Shown: piece after piece, positions 1 to 12,567 of the stretch | Layout: the number at the start of each line of letters is the position of its first letter | Position numbering within the stretch: the stretch's first letter is position 1 | Source of the DNA: Octopus bimaculoides | Lineage: Eukaryota | Length of the DNA stretch: 38,720 nucleotides | Direction of reading: 5' to 3' | NCBI RefSeq assembly: GCF_001194135.2 | Contig: NC_068984.1 | Span: forward strand, 44,430,955 to 44,469,674 | Notes under the pieces: generated by a model | Database searches by the model: none | Told to the model about the DNA's origin: nothing | What the model saw: only the letters and a program-made list of their open reading frames with translations | Program-made: the position numbers and the translations under genes

Positions 1-320
1 GCCAGGTACAGAGGTTTATCCTTAGCTAGGTATTTCTCCTGCAACTGTCTCACTAGAAATAAGGCATCAGTAGTGCTTTTACCTGGCACGAACCCAAACT
101 GCATTTCATCTAAATTGATTCGCTCCCTAATTAGTTGGGCTATGACCCTCTCTGTAACTTTCATAACCTGATCTAACAGCTTGATGCCTCTGTAATTATT
201 TGTATCTAAAGCGTCACCTTTACCTTTGTAGCGGTTGACTATGATGCTGCTACACCAGTCATTGGGTATGACTCCTTCGTGTATCACCTGGTTCGTAATA
301 CGGGTGACTAGGCTATAGCG
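1..320 (-). mobile_element. RTE-clade LINE reverse-transcriptase fragment, stop-free, running off the left window edge
   Basis: Manual translation: RYSLVTRITNQVIHEGVIPNDWCSSIIVNRYKGKGDALDTNNYRGIKLLDQVMKVTERVIAQLIRERINLDEMQFGFVPGKSTTDALFLVRQLQEKYLAKDKPLYL. Contains the RT motifs KGKG...NYRGI and QFGF.PG.ST.DA. Confidence 0.92.
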
Positions 321-499
321 ATGGATAAAATAATTGAAGTAGTCAGAGTGATTAACAGAATAATTAATCTTAGACTAGTCATAAGCAAGACTTCAGTGAT
401 CTTTGTAATCAGGATTGATAGATAAGCAAAAGACCATTACTATGATAACGTCTTTCAGAACACCTCAATAATAGATGATAGCAACTTGGCTATCATGGA

Positions 500-2325
500 C
501 AGTGCCTTTAATGGACGTGTTGGGCAACATCGCAATGGCTATTCTGATGTACACACTATGGTTATGTTACACCAAATGTAAAAGGTTCAACATTATTGGA
601 GTGTTATGTGTATGTAATGATAGTCAATTACTCACTAATGCCTTGAAGAAAGAGACTTGGAAATGCTACAAGATGTTGTTGAATAAGGACAATATATACA
701 AAGAATAAGAATTACAGCAAGAGCCCAATATCTGTTGACCAGTCTATGGTTAAAAGGGCTATTGAGGATGTGAAGAAAAAGCAACTGAAGTGCCAGGAAT
801 AGTCATGTAGATGATGAAAATAATTAGTGTAGCACTGGNNNNNNNNNNTTGAGTGGCAAAGTAGTATCATTAACTGTTATTTTAGCAAAAATGATGCTTA
901 TGAAAATTTGTAAAAACAGAAGTATCAAATTAATGGAGCAAGTTGTGAAAGTAACAGGGAAAATAAGAACATGGCTAATTAGGAAGAAAATAAGCTTAGA
1001 CAAAATGCAGTTAGGACTGTACCAGGATATGACCACAATAATGTCTTCTTCATGTGACAATTGGGCAACTATAGGAGAAAATCTTAGCAGAGAGTCAGCC
1101 TCTAAAACTAGCATTTATTGACCTGGAGAAGACTTTTGATAAGGCTTTATGCTCTGTGGTTGTGAGACACTAAGAAAACCAGTGTATATGAATGGCTTAT
1201 GAAAGTCAGGCGAGCTATATACAAAGGTGCCAAGAGCAAGGTGTGAATTAGCAATGAGTTCAATAAAGAATTTATCAGGTAAGTATTTTTTCAGCATTCT
1301 GTTTATTGTAATTCCACAATTCTCCAAGCTGTAAATAGAGTGTTTCAAAACTGGTCATCTGAGAAAACTTTTCTGTGCTGACAATCTAGTTCCCATAGTC
1401 AGGTCAGTCAAAGAATTTGAGGAAAAGTTCCAAACATAGAAGCAGAGCCTAGAATCCAAAAGTATAAAAGTGAACTTTATCAAGTCTTAACACAGAAGAA
1501 TACATTCTTCTGCAATCGAGAAAGTGGCTACTCTTGATATGCCAAAAAGTATATCTTCTACACTGGGTATCCAATGTAAACTATATGTTCATGAGAGATA
1601 TAGTGAGGCAAGCTGACAGAAATGACTCCATATGCAGGTAACACAAAAGAGTAGTTAGCACCATGAAATTAATTCTTTCAAAGGTAGAAATATTTTATAG
1701 CATCTGTTATCTTGATGACATAATCAACAAGGGAGATGGGTGTTCTGAAAGTATTGTAGCCAGAATAAGAATGGAATGAAGCAGTTCAGAGAGCCTCTGC
1801 TGGCAACAAAGGGATTCTCTCTGTGAGTGAAGAGCAGGCTTAATAATGCTTGAGTATAAAGAGTGACAATGCATGGAAGTGAAACACAAAATTGTACACG
1901 AAGGATGTGTAAAGGCTGGAAAGAAACAAGGCAAGCCTGTAATGTTAGTACACATGAACAATAGAGCATAAACAAGCAAGAGGAAAACAGGTTATAAGAG
2001 GAATCAGATACAGAGAGCAGAAAAGAAGAGCAATCTGGTACAAACACGTGTGCAAGAGAGTGGGCTGCACTGGTATGGATAATAGATACATATGAAGGAT
2101 AATAACTGGGTAAAGAAAACCAAACTATCCAACTGGAAGAAACTTGTGTGAGAGGAAGACCAAAAAAATATACAAGAGATGATGTAAGTTGATCTCAGAA
2201 AGCTTGACCCTTACAAAAGAAACCTTAACAAGTGATGAGGCACTGTGTTAGACAAGATGTATCTAATCAACATAGGTATGGAAAAACAGTCACAAAATGT
2301 TGATGATGTTGATGAAGATGATAGC
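500..2325 (+). mobile_element. Old, internally deleted RTE-clade LINE (APE remnant, RT, C-terminus and 3' tail)
   Basis: FNGRVGQHRNGYSDVH (APE GDFN region) at ~507-554; RSIKLMEQVVKV...ISLDKMQLG at ~920-1015; LCADNL (from YADD) at ~1373-1387; GDGCSESIVARIR...LATKGFSL at ~1730-1825; GAT-rich tail at ~2300-2322. Many stops and frameshifts. Confidence 0.85.
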
Positions 2326-3893
2326 TGGCATGTTCCTTTGTCAAAACTTTAACTAACTTTTCATACTTTGCATAAGTACTTTATAAAATAGATTATCATT
2401 TCAAGGTTTTTTCAAAGAGCTTGATTTTCTCCACATTCAATATTTAGCCATGTCCTGAGCATTTGTTTTCCTCTTGTTATTAATATTCATGTGCTGAACA
2501 TCTGTTTCCCCATTGTCAATTAACACAAGATATTATGTCTATCAGTAGTTTAATAATTTTTTGCCATACTAAGATAGCTACTTAACAACAGCAACAACAA
2601 TCCAGCCATTTGCTTCTACTTCTCATACTAAGTGTTGCCAAAAATGGTTTGAAGAAAATAAGCAACAGCAACAACAATAACACTAACAATAGAACCAATG
2701 AGAACCAATACATATAGTCATTCAATCTATAGAAATAGCAGCCAAGTACCCTCAAATTAAATCTACCATCTTAGAATACATTAAATGTAATCCTAAATAC
2801 ATTATGTCTAAGTATGACTGTATTAACAGACAAAACTAATATGAAAAACCCTAAAAAGGAAAACATTTTACATATTTAATATGAAATTCAGAGACAGAAA
2901 GAGAGAAGGGAGAACAGATTTACAGATTTACTAGGACAGACTTTACTGTCATTGTTGCTGCTCTTGTTATTTTTGTTGTGTAATAATCCCTTGGTCTGTT
3001 TGTGACTAAATGAAACTGAACTAATCTACATATTGAATATACTACAATGTTTCAAACAAAGGGAGACATAGCTTTGTCATCACAATTAAGATGAAATCAG
3101 TAATGTCTACATGAGAAAAAAATTAATGCAGTCAAAATATAAATATGAAAAAAAAAATGAAAAGTTTAAGTGTAAGTGATTTCAATAATTATGACATGAA
3201 ATTTCCAGAAAATGTCACTGGCACCAACCAACCATAACATTCACATAAAGAATTTATTAGATGATGTGTAATCAGATCAAGATATCTTTGGTTTTTATCA
3301 AATTCTAAGTGATTTATCTGACTTGGTATTAAACTCAACAGATATTGTGGATCTAATATCACACAAGGCACATGAGTTGATGTGCACAAGTCACAAAGCA
3401 GGTTTAACAATACATCTGTGTACAGACACTTGATAACCTTTCATGATGATTTTTATCATCATCAAACTAAAAGTTCATCATAAATACCTTCATGTTATCC
3501 TCTTTCTGGCAAACAGCCTGTAGTTAAATGGAAATACAATCTTAATATATTAGGAAAATACACCTTTTACTAGTTTAAATAAAATTAAATAGGGTTAATG
3601 ACACAGTCTGTACAGTCCTAGGCTACTAACAAAGATCACTTTGAAGATATTTGATGTTACTTAAAACTTACATAAAATGAAGCACAGGTCTTCAGTTTTA
3701 TTTACAAGTGAGAGGTCTCAACTAGCACAATTAGACGTAAGGACTGTTGTGGCAAGAAATCTGTTTCTGTCTCTCTGTCACAAATGCTCTGCCCCTCTCA
3801 TAATTCCTTGTCCTGTGAGTTACTTGGTTACCCTGCCAATGCTGGTGCCACATTAAAAGCATCCAGTCCACACTGTAGTGTAGTTGGCATCTA

Positions 3894-5108
3894 TTGGGAT
3901 GGAAACTAAGTTCCTGCCATCATTTTTAAATTTTGGAATCTATTTTTTTCGTTAATTCTATTTTTGAATCATTTTGGAATCTATTTTGATTTTTTTTCTA
4001 GTTAATTTTAGTTAATTTTTGTTTATGTTCAGATCATTAAAATGGAATGTCAAGTTAAGAAAAGCAAGCATTTTCAACACCTTCTTTTTGCTTTTAATCA
4101 AGGTTCTAAAGCCACAAAAGCTGCTCGCGACATTTGTTCTGTGTATGGAGAGGGTGCCATAACTGAAAGAACCGCTCATGATTGGTATGCCACGTTCAAA
4201 AATGGAAATTTTGACCTCAAAGACGCACCTTGTTCTGGCCATCCAGTTGGTTTGATGAAGGGTGATTAAACCAACTTTTGCACGAAAATTCTCGTCAAAC
4301 GACAAAGGAACTGGCAGAGAAAATGGAATGCTCCCACACTGCTATAGAGAAGCATCTTCACTTGATGGGAAAGGTTCAGAAGTATGGAGCATGGGTTCTG
4401 CATGCTTTAAGTGACAACAACAAAAATCAACGAGCCACAATCTCTGCTGGTTTGCTTGCTCATCACTGCTCAACTCATGGACACAAGCAACGATTTCTTT
4501 ACTGAATTGTAACTGGCAACGAAAAATGGTGCCTGTACATCAATATGAAGCAACGTAAGGAATGGCTTAGCCCCGGTAAACAAGCAACACAGCAAGTGAA
4601 ACAAGATCTTCATCCGCGTAAAACGATGTTGTGCGTATGGTGGGACTGGGAAGGGATTATCCATTACAAATTGCTTGAATGGAACCAAACGGTCAATGTG
4701 GAACTCTATGTTCAACAAATGGAATGACTCAACACAGCTATTCAAGAGAAAAGACCTAATCATCAGCATGGAGTTCTGCTGCATGACAACACCCGCCCTC
4801 ATATCGCCCACACCTGCCGTACTCTCCTGACTTGGCACCAAAGGATTTCCACCTCTTTCGATCTCTTTCAAATGCTATGCGCAGAGTTTCGTTCAATATT
4901 GATGCAGAATTGAGAGCTTGGTTAGATTAACTTTTCGAGTCAAAATCGGGTGATTTCTACCAACGAGGTATTGAAAATCTTGTTGAACGTTGGGAAGAAG
5001 TTGTAAACAACATGGGTGAATACATTATTGATTAATTAGTTGTTGTTTTTTATTAAACCTTTTAAAAAATTTAAATTTAAAAAAATGGCAGGAACTTAGT
5101 TGCCAACC
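3894..5108 (+). mobile_element. Mariner (DD34D) transposon, near full length, inactivated
   Basis: TIRs: TA|ttgggatggaaactaagttcctgccat (3894-3920) and atggcaggaacttagttgccaacc (5085-5108). Transposase remnants: HTH (AARDICSVYGEGAI), WVLHALS (WVPHEL), IVTGNEKW, HPRKTMLCVWW, LHDNTRPH, YSPDLAPKDFHLF. Stops, frameshifts and a deletion between HDN and YSPDL. Confidence 0.95.
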
Positions 5109-5109
5109 A

Positions 5110-5341
5110 GCAGTAAAAATCTTACCAAAATTAACTTTGCCTGTGCTAGTACCATGTAAAAAGTACTGAGTCCACTCTGTAAAGTGGTTGGTGTTAGGAA
5201 GGGCATCCAGCCGTAAAATCCCTGCCAAAACAAACACAGTAGCCTTGGGTAGATTTTCTACTTGGCCGGCTCCTGTCAACCGTCTTACCCATGCTTGCAT
5301 GGAAGATGGACATTAAACAACGACGACAACGATGATGATGA
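5110..5341 (+). mobile_element. RTE-tail/SINE-like repeat (family A, 'ggaagggcatccagc...cccatgctagcatgg...(gat)n')
   Basis: Shares gtggttggtgttaggaagggcatccagccgta, cccatgcttgcatggaa and a (gac/gat)n tail with other copies in the window. Confidence 0.8.
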
Positions 5342-6283
5342 TCTCCTTCAAATCAAACCCAACCATCTTAAAACAGATACTCTGCAGTTTTGAATTCATA
5401 AAGCCTAAAAGAATTATTAAACTATCACAGCTGGCACACCTTTGATCACAGGTCTGCACAGTCAGGACTGATTAGGATCTAAATAACAACAAATTAATTA
5501 ATTTCATTGTTAATATTTGAACTTAAGATACATAACTTTTTAGCATTCAAATTAACGAAATAAGGCCACTGTAAAGACACTGTTATTTATGCAAACTCAA
5601 TACACCTGGTCTTGTAGATACTACCTTTTCATAGGAGAAAATTCATTTGTTTCAACCTAATATGAATTCCATCGTAACACAATTGATATTATGAATACTA
5701 AATGTTTAAATCACAGGTGAACTTAGAATGATGGAAATGATTGATGAAATACAGACATGTTTCTTTCTTCTGTCTGAAACTCATGCTTACAAATTCTAGT
5801 ATTACTTTATACTAAAAATCAAAGCAAATATTTATCCATAATTTAAAGGAATCATTTTTGATTTCTTTTATTTTTTTATTCTCCTCATGTTATGATGATG
5901 TACAGTTCAAAGTTAAAAAGAAAATGTTTAAGAAATGAAATCATTGTGCCAAGTAGCAATATAGCAATAATATCTTAAACCAAACCAAACAATGTTTGCA
6001 AAAACATCTAACCAATACCTGCACAAACAGCTGAGAAATGAAGATTACTAATATATATTATCAAATACAAAAGATTAAAAACAAAACCCACACCTGAAAC
6101 AACCTCTGCATGATTATTAGGTTATCTAGAATTACTGAAAAGAAGGGAATATTGAATAATAAAATCCTGAATCAATATGAATAAAAGATAGGATGGTAAT
6201 AACTAGGAAACCCTTCGATTATATGTCTGCTCAAATAGAGATGGCCTGGAGTTAAAGAACAACAAAATCTGCTAAGAACTCAC

Positions 6284-6454
6284 CAAGTAGACTAATTCCT
6301 AGACCACTTAGTCCTTGTTTGAGACCATCAGATAAACCAGTTGGGCGAATTCTTCGATTTTCTTCCTGCCGTTCTAGATGACCAGCATCTAGTGAGAGGC
6401 GGTCCATATTTCGAGATACACTGGATGCAAAGTTTGTTATAGAGGTGAGTGTAC
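6284..6454 (-). CDS. VPS13B: VPS13B internal exon (171 nt, phase 1/1): TLTSITNFASSVSRNMDRLSLD...GLGISLL
   Basis: Acceptor ttctctttag|GT; donor G|gtgagt. Near-identical to remembered human GTLTSITNLATSLARNMDRLSLD...GISLLG. I could not find the next exon (GAIAG..DQP) in bases 1-6283. Confidence 0.95.
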
Positions 6455-6599
6455 CTAAAGAGAAATATAAATAAGCATGTAAGTTCAATGTTTTCCTTAA
6501 GTATATCAAATTTAGTAGAAGTGTTTAGAAATCATATCACAAAGTCATTTTAATCAATATTTTATTTACTTCATCAAACTATAATAAATAAAATCAATT

Positions 6600-6746
6600 T
6601 GCATTAGGAAAGGTGTCCAGCTGTAGAAACCATATCAAATCAGACTGGAACTTGGTGCAGCTTTCCCGCTTACCAGTTTCAGTCAAACTGTCTCACCCAT
6701 GCTAGCAAGGAAAGCAGACACTAAATGATGATAATGATGATGATGA
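6600..6746 (+). mobile_element. Family A repeat, 5'-truncated, diverged
   Basis: ttaggaaaggtgtccagctgtagaaacc...cacccatgctagcaagg...(gat)n. Confidence 0.75.
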
Positions 6747-9700
6747 ACTTTGGGGATGTTTTGATAGCAGAAGTTTCCATCAAAAGAAGTTTAGTTTTAT
6801 GAACCCCTCTGGTACCAAACTGCCCAAGACAGCTCCTGAATTTATAATACACTCTTCCTACATTAATGTGAACTAAATTAAAACCTTCCATAAAAATTTT
6901 ATGCCAATCAATGTACCAAACTCCAGTTTAATAATGATAAAATTGTTTTACTAAATTCTTCGCTATTACCAAAATTAATTAAAGCAAAGGTAGTGTATTT
7001 CAACAGGATAAATCAAAAGAAATGCAGCAAGACAAGAGTTGTGGAATTTACCCATTCTTCAAAACATAAATGATATGAATTAAGTGAGATTAAGAATCAA
7101 ACCCAGGTTATAAATCCTACTCTCCAGAAGCTCAGTTTCTAATCTACATTGCTTCCAAGGATACATATAGACATTACAGAAAACGTATATCAACTGAATA
7201 AGGAGTGTGCATCCTTCCAGTCTAATAGACCAGCTTCACATGGGCAGTTTTGCACAAATGGCTCTTCTGTTTCTACTCTGTACCTTTTTCCAAAGAAAGG
7301 TAATATTTGAAATGTCATAACAGTTAACTCTTTCCATTTCACTGAGCAGCACCTTATTTTACGTAACTAATATTTTCTGCACTGGTTTCAAAATGTTTCT
7401 GTATGTGTACAACTTTAAGGGGACAGTGGAAGAGAGCCAGGCCAAAAAATGAGAAGATGTGAGGCAATGAGGAAATTTGCCTGTTATCACTTAACTTTCT
7501 CAATTTAGTAGTAAAATGTTTCTCCAAAAATGTCATACCTTCTAGAAAATGGCAACAATAATGTGTTTCCTGACAAAGAATACACAGCCACTGATAGATT
7601 GCTGATCAAATGTTGTTGTTTGATAAAAATAATATACCAAATATGTCTGATGTCTTATATCTGCATACTTGGGAAGCTGGACTAGGCTACCTCTATAACA
7701 TTGGTTTACTCTAGTAGAGTAAGCCAGAACTACCTAGCAACAATAACATCAACAAAGGCAAGCCAACAGAGGAAACTTCTTATGAGGGATCACTCAAAAC
7801 TTTGATAAATAGTTGGCAAATCTGCCTTAAATCATTCCACAAAATCTTTAAAAAGTAAACATTAATTAGACAATACAGTCTTAGGTACCTCTCTAAAGAC
7901 AGGATAGACACAAATGGAATGTTCTTCATTGTGTCTACTGGATCAGGGTAACAACAATAGCAACTTCAAAGACAAACTTGAAAGCCTTCCATATTGTCAT
8001 ATGAAACCATGAATCTGCATCTGGAAGGATCCTTTCCAAAGTGCAGGCATGATTTTTTTTTTTCTATGGAAAACTACCAGTTCCTCATGTATACAAGTCT
8101 TCTCTTTCCATGCCACTGATCCTGTCTGAAAGAAAGGCTAGGGCTGATACTGTTTGGAATCAGTGCTGTCAGAGGTATTGCTCTCAGAGCACAGAACCAG
8201 AGCAAATATCTCATCCAACACTCTAACAACTTCACACATCCTCAGCTCTCGGCAGATACTTCATTTACTGGCACCCTGCCACCACCACTATCACCACAGA
8301 AAAGATGAATGGCAAAGATTACCTTGATAAAATTTATCTCAGAGCATAAAAAGCCAGAACAACTCTGCTAACTGGTAAAGCAACATGGCTCTATTTATAA
8401 TGCATAAATGTATAATAAATGAGGCATGGTAGAAACGTATGAGATCATTAAATACATGATATTTTATAACATAGATATTATTTATTGTTAATTATTATGA
8501 TCGAGTTAAAGTGATGTTAGGAAAGCATCATGAACAATTAGATGCTTAAATGCAACACTGTCATTAGAAATAAATAAATTAACCTATAATTGATCTTAAG
8601 TCTTGTAAATTAATTGCCTCATATTTAACCTTTCAGAGTCTTTAACAAAATCCATTCTATTGAAAACAATTGAACCATCTCTCAAGTTTGAGGATATCTT
8701 ATAATGCTGCTTCCTCCCACAGCAACCTATCAGTCATGGTTTCTATCTCTCTCTATTCCCCTCACTAGTCTCAGAGGCTCTTTAGAAAAAAAAGATTATG
8801 GCACAACCTTGTCATTTATGACTAAATCATAAAAAGAAAATAATAATAACAATAATAATCATTTCTGATTTAGGCACAAGGCCAGCAATTTTGAGGGGAG
8901 GGTGTCAGTTGATATCATTGACTCCAGTACTTGACTAGTACTTTATCTTACCAACACTGGATGGATGAAAGGCAAAGTTAACCTCATCAGAGCTCCAGCT
9001 CAGAGTGTAAAGAGCCACAATAAATGCTGTTATTCCTCCTTATGAATAGCCACCATCTATAAGATGGACTTTGCAATGTTTTACATTGGTATTCTTGTAA
9101 ACTGAATCTTATTCCTGATATATTACACACACACACACACACATTCACACACAATCCATATTCTACATCACTCAAATGCAAATTGAGATAAGCAGAGTTA
9201 TGTACCTTGTTTAAGGTGCAATAATGGCTTGACAGAATATTTTTGAACTTGTAACCTAGGGTCAACATCATGTAAACATGGGAAGATGAATGCATGATTA
9301 TGATGAAGATGATGGTAGTAGTGATGAATGATTTATTCAGTAAACCAGCACTCTGACCTTACATTCATTACTACAGTAAATCAAGTCACTTACTATCTCC
9401 ACAATAACACGAATTTTTAATGTTCCAGCATTTGTAGATTATAGCATGTGTGAATGTGTGTCAGGGGGTAATGATGCTACAGATATGAAAGTTAACAAAG
9501 CATAAAAAGTTGCTTGTTGAAGCAGTTAGTTTTCGTTATTCTATTATTGAGGGCATGTCTTGATGTGCTAGACATTGAGGCTGGTCACATAGTGATTTGT
9601 CAGATTGCAGGACAGGTCAGCCAAACTCAACATGGCAAAACAGATGTTAAAATGATGATCACTTATGAAGGAAATTTTCTGAGGATAAAACATCAAGACA

Positions 9701-9885
9701 TGAATCTGCAGCCTTAGTTTTTCAGTAATTTAGTGGGTAACAAAGTAGTTACAAGGGAAACCTAAAACTACAAATAAGCTTATTCAAAGTTAATGCTTAA
9801 CTCAGATGCTACTCCAAGTTTCATATCACATGGAATAGTTTTCAAGCAGATGTATTAAATACTCTGATTTCTCCCCTTTGCACAC

Positions 9886-10155
9886 CAGCGTTGCCAGTGC
9901 CGTTCGAGCAAGATCGTTGCCAGTGCCGATGGACTGGCTCCTGTGCAGGTGGCACATAAAATACACCATTTCGAGCGTGGCCGTTGCCAGTACCGCCTAC
10001 ACTCTCGGAGTGGTTGGCGTTAGGAAGGGCATCCAGCTGTAGAAACTCTGCCAAATTAGATTGGAGCCTGGTGTAGCCACCTGGTTCACCAGTCCTCAGT
10101 CAAATCGTCCAACCCATGCTAGCATGGAAAGCAGACGTTACACAACGATGAAGAA
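9886..10155 (+). mobile_element. Family A repeat, young copy
   Basis: About 8 differences over ~145 nt versus the reverse complement of the 15569 copy (manual count). Possible 5-bp TSD cacac (9881-9885 / 10156-10160). Confidence 0.9.
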
Positions 10156-11089
10156 CACACATACAAATACATGAGAGTATCAGATGATGATTTGTTCTAA
10201 CTGATATCTGAGTTCAAATCCCACTAAGGTCAACTTTACATTTCATCCTTTCAGGAGCCCGTGATGCTAGACTGGCAGAATTGCTAGAACATCAGATGGA
10301 GTGCTTTGCTTGTCTCAGTTTCAGCTCTTTGTTGCTGCCACACTGCTCTAGCCTTGCTTTTCTCCTGAACAACATCCATGGTGTGAAGAGAGGAAACTTG
10401 CATGTGCAGGTAAGTGCTAGTCTTCTATCAAAATCTTGCCCAAGCCTATACTTTGGAGAGGAACTTTCCAAGTGCAGATATTCAAACTACCTATAACAGA
10501 CAACAGAGATTATTGATTTTGCTGAGAATACAAGATTTACCAAGGGACAAGTTTCATTGCCAAAACACTTTACAGATAGTATATAAAATATTTTGACATG
10601 AAACTCTCAAGGTCTTGAGTAATTCCTATCGTATTTGCAGCAAATAAAACGTTATATATCAGCCAATCAATACCTTCTGATTGAATCTGTTAGATGGAGA
10701 CTGTATAAAACTCACTGTATGCACACGCACACACACACACACACACACACACCACACATTTTATTTTTAAACAGTAGAAAATTATAAAAACGACTGAAGG
10801 GCAGAGTTTTGGACATGGCACATATCAAACCTCTGTAGATGTGTATGTGTGTCTATGTGAATGTTCAGCACTTTATATTAAAAAAAGCCTACAAACAGTG
10901 ATGTTTATGACATTTCTCTTACAAGAGATTTCCATTCCATTTTATTCAAGTGTTAAACGAACACTATTTTTAATGTGCTTTGTTAATCATGTGCTGACTA
11001 ATGATCTTTTATTGATTTTACATTAAATTTATTACAAGTCAGTGAGATACAGTTGGTGAAAAAGAAAAAAAATATTTTAAACAGTATAC

Positions 11090-11266
11090 CTGCAGTAACA
11101 TTTCTCAGCAATGAAGACATTCCCTGGGATACACCGGTAAGAAAAGCTCCAGGACCTTGTGTTAGACCAGTGATTGGCAGCTTGAACAGATCAGCCACCC
11201 CTGTGCCAATATTGCGCACAAGACCAGTTGGATTCCCAAGAATTTCTAAAGAACCAACAACTATTC
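11090..11266 (-). CDS. VPS13B: VPS13B internal exon (177 nt, phase 1/1): IVVGSLEILGNPTGLVRNIGTGVADLFKLP...RNVTA
   Basis: Acceptor attttcag|GA; donor G|gtatac. Glycine-rich ATG_C-type helix region, close to remembered human VVGSLDILGSPASLVRSIGNGVADFFRLP. Confidence 0.95.
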
Positions 11267-12130
11267 CTGAAAATCAAATAAATAAACAATAAGTAGAAGA
11301 AAAAGGAGGGAAAGTAAGATAGAAAAGATGCCAAAGTCTTTTTGGATTAGACTCTCTATATTTAGAGAAGCCATGCGTACAAGCTGGCTTGACTGGGTGG
11401 TTAAAAAGTTTGTTTTATAATCATGCTTTCAGATTTGATTCCACTGTATGGCACCTTAGGCAAGTGCTTTCTACCTCAGTTTGGAGTTGGCAAATGATAT
11501 GTGAATGAAACAAGGCAGATATAAACTGAAACTCATCTGCATTTTACACCTGTTTTTATGCCAAGATGGGTTGAACAGGTCATCATAATAATAGTCAATT
11601 CTTATTTGAAGTTACTGCTCTCTTGTTTGTGTCTAAAGACCTTGTATTGTTTGTATATTTCACTTTTGGCTTACTTTCAAAGGCCGGAAGCTCATCCTAT
11701 AGAATGGACCAACTGACATATAGATATGTACATTTGTATGTGTGCATGCATGCTTGTGTGTTTGTCTGTGTGTGTTTGGACACCATTTGGTTTATGTCCA
11801 GTATAAGCAAAATGCCTCATAGCTTGGGAGCTCAACATGTAAAGATCAATGAAATAAAGTACCTCTTTCGTCAAAAACAGTAAGGGTCTACGTCAAGCAA
11901 GGTATTCAAGTGTAGAATTGCCTCAAAAAGTTGCTTCCAACCCATGCCAGTATAGAAAAAATGAATATAAAACAATGATGATGACAGCTTCTGTAAGTCA
12001 GTCTACCAAAGTATTGATAATTCAACACACAGTTAATAAGTGGATATTTCAAAAGTAAATGAAGCACTTCACCTACAGCAAGGTATGAAAGCACTTAGAC
12101 ACTGCAATAGTCTCTTAAAACAATAATCAT

Positions 12131-12532
12131 GGTGTAGGAGTGGCTGTGTGGTAAGTAGCTTGCTTACCAACCACATGGTTCCGGGTTCAGTCCCATTGCA
12201 TGGCACCTTGGGCAAGTGTCTTCTACTATAGCCTCAGGCCAACCAAAGCCTTGTGAGTGGATTTGGTAGACAGAAACTGAAAGAAGCCCGTTGTATATAT
12301 GTAAATATATATATGTGTGCGTGTATATGTTTGTGCGTCTGTGTTTGTCCCCCAACATCGCTTGACAACCGATAGTGGTGTATTTACGTCCCCGTAAATT
12401 AGCGGTTCAGCAAAAGCGATCGATAGAATAAGTACTAGGCTTACAAAGAATACGTTCCAGGGTCAATTTGCCCGACTAAAAGCGGTGCTCCAGCATGGCC
12501 ACAGTAAAATGACTGAAACATGTAAAAGAGTA
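12131..12532 (+). mobile_element. Full-length tRNA-headed SINE (family B)
   Basis: Pol III A box tggctgtgtggt (12141-12152) and B box ggttcagtccc (12184-12194), then ccttgggcaagtgtcttctactatagcc (CORE-like from memory), an internal TA/TG tract and a 3' body. Related copies at ~11385-11545 and ~19240-19470. Confidence 0.85.
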
Positions 12533-12567
12533 TGGAAACAGCAATAATACAATTTCAAAACACTTAC

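Noticed and set aside
3189-3410. 73-aa minus-strand ORF as the next VPS13B exon
   Set aside because: It lacks the expected (G)AIAG...DQP sequence, and I could not place a phase-1 acceptor giving a homologous peptide.
11053-11292. Antisense ORFs overlapping exons (also 13248-13463, 14797-15192, 30846-31067)
   Set aside because: Shadow frames of real VPS13B exons in AT-rich DNA, with no independent evidence.
12131-12200. tRNA gene
   Set aside because: A/B boxes are present but there is no cloverleaf, and the sequence continues into a multi-copy SINE body.
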